NCBI GenBank assembly: GCA_045586685.1
Contig: JAZNAU010000032.1
Span: 13,115-77,114 of the forward strand
Reading direction: 5' to 3'
Length of the DNA stretch: 64,000 nt
From: Clostridia bacterium
GTDB taxonomy: Bacteria > Bacillota > Clostridia > HGM11514
Shown here piece after piece: positions 58,512 to 64,000 of the stretch (its first letter is position 1; each line of letters begins with the position of its first letter). Made by a program: the position numbers and the translations under genes. Under the pieces are notes generated by a model. It worked only from the letters and a program-made list of their open reading frames with translations. It was not told the origin of the DNA and did not search any database.

Positions 58512-60119
58512 TCACCTTTTCAGTGTACATTTCTTCGTGTTATCAAGCTCGTTCTTGAAATATTTCTCCACCAGTTCCGCTTTCAGATTGGCTATGTCCG
58601 ATTTGTTTCCGGACAACTTCACTTCTTCATATCTTTTTTTGTCCTTTTGGGAAAGATTCTCACCCATCTGCCAGTTACCGTCGATCTTGCACCGGATTTT
58701 GGTTTCCATGGCAGATTTGATAATGGTTATATCAGAAATCCTTTCCTTTCTTTCGTTGGAACTGTTTGTGTTCACAGATTCGTTCTTCACTTTTTTTTGA
58801 ATGATTTTTTCCGGAGGAAGCAACAGCCTATGATTGTTTGCAATCAGATTGGCATGATTTTCATGTACGCCACAATTCTTTGCATATTCCTTCCATCTGC
58901 TGACAACATCCACAATTTCCCCAATGATGTAGTCTGTATTCTTTATATCCATTCTTGAACCGACTTCTGTCAAATCGGACCATTTAAAATTGTCCTTTTT
59001 TCCGTTTATGGACATTTGATGAGTATCTGTCCATTGTCCTTTCGGAGAATAGGCATAACAGATATCATAAGCAGGAGAGAGAGTCCATTTTCCTTTTCTG
59101 TCCATGAGGAAACTATGATTCTTTGTGTGGTCATCATGATTTCTGGAAATTACATTGAACACCATTCTACGGAAGAATTGTTCCATTTCATCATAGTTCA
59201 GTCCCAATTTTCGCATAACCAGGAATGCTTCTTCATATGAATGGAGTGCATTCCTGTCATAATGGGCTATAGCTGCCAATGTCTGGGAATGTATCTTTTC
59301 CCCATTGTCCGTCCGGTCAAATCTTTTTGTCATGAAATGATAAGAATCCCGTTCCTGAAGCAATCTGCATTCAGTCATCTGAATGTTACAATCAACAGCC
59401 ATTTTATGGTAGGCGTATTCAATGTTTCCTATCCCTTTGGGATGATCAATTTTTTCCCCGTTCTCTTCAAATGTAGTGCCGTCAAATTTCAACAGCCAAT
59501 ATGTGAATCCTTCCGGTGCCTTAACCTGCCCCGACCGTACTTCATTTGTCCGCTCATCAATGGCGATAAGGGCTTTAGGTTTTGCTCCACCGGCTGAAGT
59601 GCCTACTTTCAATATATCCAATATGGCTTTATCTTCCTGTCTGATATTTTCTTTGAAAGCTTCTCTGTCGCGGAATACCTTGTCTGCCAAATCAACGAGA
59701 CTTTCCATTCTTAGAACCGTTGATTCATTCAGTTCCTTGATATCCCTGCTCGGATAAAATTCCAAAGCTCCCATTGCCCTGCAACCTATATAGCAAAGTC
59801 GGTCCAATGGCGTGATACTTCTATCCGATACGCCACGGGCGGCAAACCATGTATCAATGATTTCATTCCCGTACTTGTCCGGAAGTGAATCCGCTATCAT
59901 TCCGGGTAATCCCTTAAAACAATCATTCTTGTTGGTAGGGAATGTATAGACGAAATCCATCAATGATTTTTTCAATGGCATGATGATTGGAGAAACATTG
60001 AGTCCGGTCCTGAAGAAATCGGGATAATATTGGAACTCCGCCAAACCTCTTTTTTCGTTCCATGACAATAGTCCTACATTTTTGCCATACAGTTTAACGT
60101 CAACTACCAGTTCATTCAT
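58512..60119 (-). CDS. hipA: HipA-family kinase toxin with extra C-terminal domain
   Basis: DSLPD, GTSAGGAKPK, WLLKFD, KRFDR, NHDDHTKNHSF and LSPAYD, followed by an extension of about 100 aa. Confidence 0.92.
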   Translation of the reverse strand: MNELVVDVKLYGKNVGLLSWNEKRGLAEFQYYPDFFRTGLNVSPIIMPLKKSLMDFVYTFPTNKNDCFKGLPGMIADSLPDKYGNEIIDTWFAARGVSDRSITPLDRLCYIGCRAMGALEFYPSRDIKELNESTVLRMESLVDLADKVFRDREAFKENIRQEDKAILDILKVGTSAGGAKPKALIAIDERTNEVRSGQVKAPEGFTYWLLKFDGTTFEENGEKIDHPKGIGNIEYAYHKMAVDCNIQMTECRLLQERDSYHFMTKRFDRTDNGEKIHSQTLAAIAHYDRNALHSYEEAFLVMRKLGLNYDEMEQFFRRMVFNVISRNHDDHTKNHSFLMDRKGKWTLSPAYDICYAYSPKGQWTDTHQMSINGKKDNFKWSDLTEVGSRMDIKNTDYIIGEIVDVVSRWKEYAKNCGVHENHANLIANNHRLLLPPEKIIQKKVKNESVNTNSSNERKERISDITIIKSAMETKIRCKIDGNWQMGENLSQKDKKRYEEVKLSGNKSDIANLKAELVEKYFKNELDNTKKCTLKR

Positions 60120-60426
60120 AATCGTCCTCCTTTGATTTCTTAATTCTTTGTTTCTTCTTTCCCATAAGCTTTTTCATAAGCAAGGGACTCCTTGGCGGTT
60201 CCGGAATGAATTCATCCAGATTGTCCAACATTTCCAGCACCCTCATTATTCTCAGATAACTGTCAAACATGATGTTCTGTCCTTTTTCTATACGGGAAAC
60301 CGTACTGATGTTGACACCGGCATATCTGGCCATTTCTGCCTGTTGCAAATTTCTCCGCAAACGATACTCTTTCAGTCTTTCCCCCAATGTCTGAAGGATA
60401 GCTGCGTTCGTCATCTCATTCCACAT
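60112..60426 (-). CDS. hipB: HipB-like XRE antitoxin
   Basis: HTH LQQAEMARYAGVNISTVSRIEKG, overlapping the hipA start. Confidence 0.8.
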   Translation of the reverse strand: MWNEMTNAAILQTLGERLKEYRLRRNLQQAEMARYAGVNISTVSRIEKGQNIMFDSYLRIMRVLEMLDNLDEFIPEPPRSPLLMKKLMGKKKQRIKKSKEDDYE

Positions 60427-60535
60427 AACTATAAATCTTGTAATTCACTGCAAATATAACTATAATAATGCATAAATGCAATATTAAAGCAGAAAATAAA
60501 GATTAAAGTGCAATATTGAATGATTAAATCAACGT

Positions 60536-60964
60536 TTATTCTTCCAGTAATGCTTTGGAGGAATCCATTCCTCTCTTCAAATAGATATCGAGTCTGTTCA
60601 GTGACTTGTTGATGTCCGCTTTCACCTCTGCGATATTTTTCTCCATCTGTCCTTTCATCACATCGAGTTTTTCATGTACAATGGAATTCATATGCGGTTT
60701 TCTCATCAGCATATCCTTGTCCTGACTGGTAATGTTCCATGCCTTGTCATCAAGCAGTACGTCAATGGAAACGTACTGTCTGTAGAAATGAAGGAACTGC
60801 AGTAAAGCTCCCGCACTGATTGACGTGCCGTTCTCCATTCTTGTTACGGTAAGTTGTGTCACTCCCATTTTGGCTGCCAGTTCCGCTTGTGTCAGTCCGA
60901 ACATAAGCCTTATTTCCTTGAATCTTGATCCAAGAGTCTTCAAATCCTTGTTTTCTTTTTCCAT
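60536..60964 (-). CDS. XRE-family HTH regulator
   Basis: GLTQAELAAKMGVTQLTVTRMENG. Confidence 0.85.
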   Translation of the reverse strand: MEKENKDLKTLGSRFKEIRLMFGLTQAELAAKMGVTQLTVTRMENGTSISAGALLQFLHFYRQYVSIDVLLDDKAWNITSQDKDMLMRKPHMNSIVHEKLDVMKGQMEKNIAEVKADINKSLNRLDIYLKRGMDSSKALLEE

Positions 60965-60986
60965 GACAATAAATTTGTCGGCAAAG

Positions 60987-61388
60987 TTACGGATTTTCAT
61001 TTTTTCTCAATCCCTTATTCATGACATAATCGGTCTTCAATTCTGAATATCTTTTTTCCATATCCTTGAATCCTTCGCTTTTCCTCAGTTCGCTCCTTTC
61101 CTTCTTGGTCATTTTCCGGAAATTCCTGATGATATCCTGTTTATGTGAAATTACTTGTTGCAATTCAGTTATTGTCCTTTCCTTTCTTTCCAGTTCTTTG
61201 ATTAAATGTTCAATCCTTACTTCTTCCGGTACATATTCATTGAGTCTTGTCTCTTCCTGGTTTGATTCTATATAATCCTGAAGATATGTCATTCCTTCAA
61301 TGAAGGTCTTGGTGTCACCCCCCCCATTTCTTATAAACTCCAACAAGAGTTTCTTCTTTACTCTACTGAAATCGATTGTTAGTTCCAT
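60987..61388 (-). CDS. Coiled-coil protein, paralog of 19763..20179
   Basis: Shared motif and a 54-bp identical DNA block. Confidence 0.7.
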   Translation of the reverse strand: MELTIDFSRVKKKLLLEFIRNGGGDTKTFIEGMTYLQDYIESNQEETRLNEYVPEEVRIEHLIKELERKERTITELQQVISHKQDIIRNFRKMTKKERSELRKSEGFKDMEKRYSELKTDYVMNKGLRKNENP

Positions 61389-61494
61389 GATAATTTACTT
61401 TAAAATACTGTTCCTCGATTCACATCGAAGAACAGCCGTTAGTTTTATTACTCTTTAATTTACACTTTTTATGAAGCATTTATTCTATTCATTT

Positions 61495-61579
61495 GCAAAT
61501 TTCGTTTGTGTTGTTATCAAAAAATTCACTTTTGGAAGAAAGGTGTAAAAAAAGTCCCGTGATTCACATCACAGGACTT
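61495..61579 (-). repeat. ~85-bp terminator+promoter repeat, copy 4
   Basis: Near-identical to copies 1 and 2. Confidence 0.9.
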
Positions 61580-61676
61580 CCATTTCTGATTTATGCGAAT
61601 GTCTGCTTCCTCTTGAAGCAGTAAATATTGTATGAGTAAAGAGTTTGTATATCTTGCCGGTCATTTCCCGGTTCTT

Positions 61677-62054
61677 TTATTTCTTGTAATCTTTCCATAC
61701 CTTATTGGGAAAATCTTTCTTGATTCTTTTTATATATTCTTCCAGTTCTTCTTCCTTATGTCTTTCCTTGCAGAAGAAAACACCAAAATCCAGGGCCAAT
61801 TCAATGAATGCTTCCATCTGTATTGGATATAGTTTGACGGATAGAAATTCTTCATCGCTATCCTTGAATTTCTTCACCATGCTGTAGTTCTGTAGTCCTT
61901 TCTTCAATATTTGAAGATAATCATACTGATAAAATTCTTTTTGTTCAGGATGTTCTTCAAAATGTTCCGTTGCCAGACTTATCAAATTGTTTATTTCAGC
62001 GAATCTCCTTCCCGTCAATATGAATTCTTTTCCATTTTCATTGTTGTTCCACAT
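61677..62054 (-). CDS. Hypothetical protein
   Basis: Start taken at MWNNNE, behind the class-1 motif at 62076-62111. Confidence 0.6.
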   Translation of the reverse strand: MWNNNENGKEFILTGRRFAEINNLISLATEHFEEHPEQKEFYQYDYLQILKKGLQNYSMVKKFKDSDEEFLSVKLYPIQMEAFIELALDFGVFFCKERHKEEELEEYIKRIKKDFPNKVWKDYKK

Positions 62055-62350
62055 ATGCTTATTTGTTTCTCCGAACAAAATAAGTGGGCGACGTTATCAA
62101 AAAATTCACTTTTAGGAAATAATTATAAAATTATAAATAGATATAATTATATAATTCTAAAAATAAATAATTATATAATTATTATAAAGGAGGAATTAAA
62201 AAATCCCGCCATAGGACGGGATTATACCATTAAAATCAAATTCTGTAAGTTACAATATTATCGGCAATCATCTGAACGATAGCTTGTTATGTAAAATCTA
62301 TTGGTTTTTATGGTTTTAAATACTAAAATGAAAGCAAATCACAACAACCA

Positions 62351-62905
62351 CTATGCTGAACGTCTGATAATATTCAAACAGCTTCTTATTTCTTCAAAAG
62401 TATTGCTATCTTCAACAAGAACATGTATGTTTGGACATTGTATCTTGTCTGTTTGAATAAGGAGATGGAATCTGCCTTTGTTGTTCTTGTATGATGATGA
62501 AACTCTTCTGCTTGTAGCTCCACCTATTGCACCTCCCACGTTACCAAAAAGCAGCCAACCCAAAAGAGAACGCTTTACCATATTGGAATTGTCCGTTTCA
62601 TACACTTCATGTTCCTGTGGTATGCGTACATCCACTATATTATTCCAATCCAATAGTTGTCCTTCAAGGTATAGCATCCTTTTATCCTCATATATGAGCA
62701 TATATTTGTCCTCGTATCGGATAATTCTTGAAGGTTTTCCATACATCACAATGCTTCCACTCAACCGTTCGTTATAATCCTTTTCTGCTTTCTGTTCATT
62801 CTTTTTTTGGATATAAACTTTAATTATCACCCATATAATCAATATAGGAAGTAAAATTGGTAGAAACCAAATTGCAACAACAATAATTATTAGCCAAATT
62901 AACAT
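62351..62905 (-). CDS. Membrane-anchored hypothetical protein
   Basis: N-terminal TMs and the glycine zipper GWLLFGNVGGAIGG. Confidence 0.7.
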   Translation of the reverse strand: MLIWLIIIVVAIWFLPILLPILIIWVIIKVYIQKKNEQKAEKDYNERLSGSIVMYGKPSRIIRYEDKYMLIYEDKRMLYLEGQLLDWNNIVDVRIPQEHEVYETDNSNMVKRSLLGWLLFGNVGGAIGGATSRRVSSSYKNNKGRFHLLIQTDKIQCPNIHVLVEDSNTFEEIRSCLNIIRRSA

Positions 62906-62926
62906 ATTTGATGTGTTAAATTATTT

Positions 62927-63289
62927 TTAAAATCCGTTTCGTCTATTTTCTTCATCTATTTCAATAGCTCTATACCAATTTTCTTCAAAGATGTTAGTCG
63001 TTTTAGTTTCATTCCAACCCTTTCTGAAAGAATTGCTTGTAAACCAGAAGTAACCAACAACAGCAGCCAATATATATACCAAATACGGTTCAATTAAGAT
63101 GAAGAATTCATAGACTCCCCACCCTGCCAATACTACACCTGCCATCAGCAGTACCAATCCGGAAATACCATGCCGGTTTCTGTACCCGACAAGAAACTTC
63201 ACCAGTTTATACACTGCTTTAAGCAACAGACAACCCATCACTCCTACCAGTACAAGGACTATGATTCTTTCAATAAAAAGAGCATCCAT
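62927..63289 (-). CDS. Membrane protein (3 TM)
   Basis: 120 aa, hydrophobic. Confidence 0.65.
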   Translation of the reverse strand: MDALFIERIIVLVLVGVMGCLLLKAVYKLVKFLVGYRNRHGISGLVLLMAGVVLAGWGVYEFFILIEPYLVYILAAVVGYFWFTSNSFRKGWNETKTTNIFEENWYRAIEIDEENRRNGF

Positions 63290-63322
63290 ATATACCTCCT
63301 ATTCTAAAAATTCCGGAATATG

Positions 63323-63343
63323 CAAATGGGACAGATTACACAC
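63323..63343 (-). repeat. Isolated inverted iteron
   Basis: Exact reverse complement of the 21-bp origin iteron. Confidence 0.9.
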
Positions 63344-63371
63344 TTCTTTCCGCAAAGTATATTCCACATTG

Positions 63372-63403
63372 CAAATATACAAATAATAAATGATAGTATC
63401 AAA
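63372..63403 (-). promoter_or_regulatory. Class-2 promoter
   Basis: TTTG-ATACTATCATTTATTATTTG-TATATTTG. Confidence 0.7.
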
Positions 63404-63476
63404 TATTATGATAAAAATTTTGGTATAGGAATTGATTTCTTATTGTATGTGGTTTGAAATACACCTTTCCCTGCCG

Positions 63477-63674
63477 TTATTCACCTTTCTTCATCAGAAT
63501 ATAATAGTCCACTGTCCTATGGAAATTTTCAATGAATTCCCTCATTCCTTTTCCTTCAAAACGTATGTCCTCTTCTATTCCAAGAATTTCTCCCCAGAAA
63601 ACCCATCTTTTCTTGTCCAATTTAACGGAACAACTGTAACCGTTATATTCCAGTGTTTCTTCTTTTTCCTTCAT
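63477..63674 (-). CDS. Short HicB-like protein (no DNA-binding tail)
   Basis: LEYNGYSCSV...FWGEILGIEEDIRFEG....ENFHRTVDYY. No hicA seen. Confidence 0.65.
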   Translation of the reverse strand: MKEKEETLEYNGYSCSVKLDKKRWVFWGEILGIEEDIRFEGKGMREFIENFHRTVDYYILMKKGE

Positions 63675-63859
63675 AAAACAGAATTTTTCGCAAAGATAGG
63701 CAAAACTATAGGGAAAGCAATCCCGTTTATCAAAATGCTGGACGTTTTTATTTGCTCAATTCATCTTGAATACCTATTTTTGCAACAAAAACTTGTAATT
63801 ACACAACAAAATAAACTTGTAACTACAAAGCAATAAAAACTTGTAATTCTATAATAATT

Positions 63860-64000
63860 ATGGCAACGATAGCAGAAAAGATGGCAGAATCCCTTGAAAT
63901 CCTCCATCAATTACAGAAAGACAGCGAGCGGGTTGTATTGAGCGGTACTAAACAAATAAGTAGAACACACCTTACCCGTTTACTGAATGCCGGCTATTTA
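63860..64000 (+). CDS. Probable Fic-family protein, 5' part only
   Basis: MATIAEKMAESLEILHQLQ...ISRTHLTRLLNAGYL resembles the N-terminus of large Fic proteins. The catalytic motif would lie outside the window. Confidence 0.55.
   Translation, partial: MATIAEKMAESLEILHQLQKDSERVVLSGTKQISRTHLTRLLNAGYL

Overview
This window is part of a large Bacteroidales conjugative plasmid. An AT-rich core (about 12.2-20.8 kb) holds a Rep_3-type initiator with six 21-bp iterons, an oriT-like palindrome, mobC/relaxase, parA plus a partner, and two serine resolvases. A type V pilus cluster sits between traE/traF and traG (VirB4). A complete diversity-generating retroelement (DGR) lies at 38.5-43.3 kb: RT, TR, Avd, a MutS-like accessory gene and a fimbrillin target. 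Its VR differs from the TR at 21 of 125 positions, all at template adenines. Other cargo includes a DarB-like methylase/helicase, an ArdC polyvalent protein, a JAB protein, primase, TopB, a C5 methylase, HU, tRNA-Arg(CCT), an Abi-like HEPN protein with an adjacent small RNA, HipBA and the start of a Fic-like gene. Less obvious signals: (i) a shared ~70-aa C-terminal domain with a basic tail on five unrelated proteins, including the HipA toxin, which is a candidate conjugative protein-delivery tag; (ii) two families of repeated promoter motifs (8 and 6 copies); (iii) an asymmetric 12-mer dispersed in 11 copies; (iv) a duplicated leader with a possible trans-antisense RNA. Product names come from motif recognition by eye, not from database searches.
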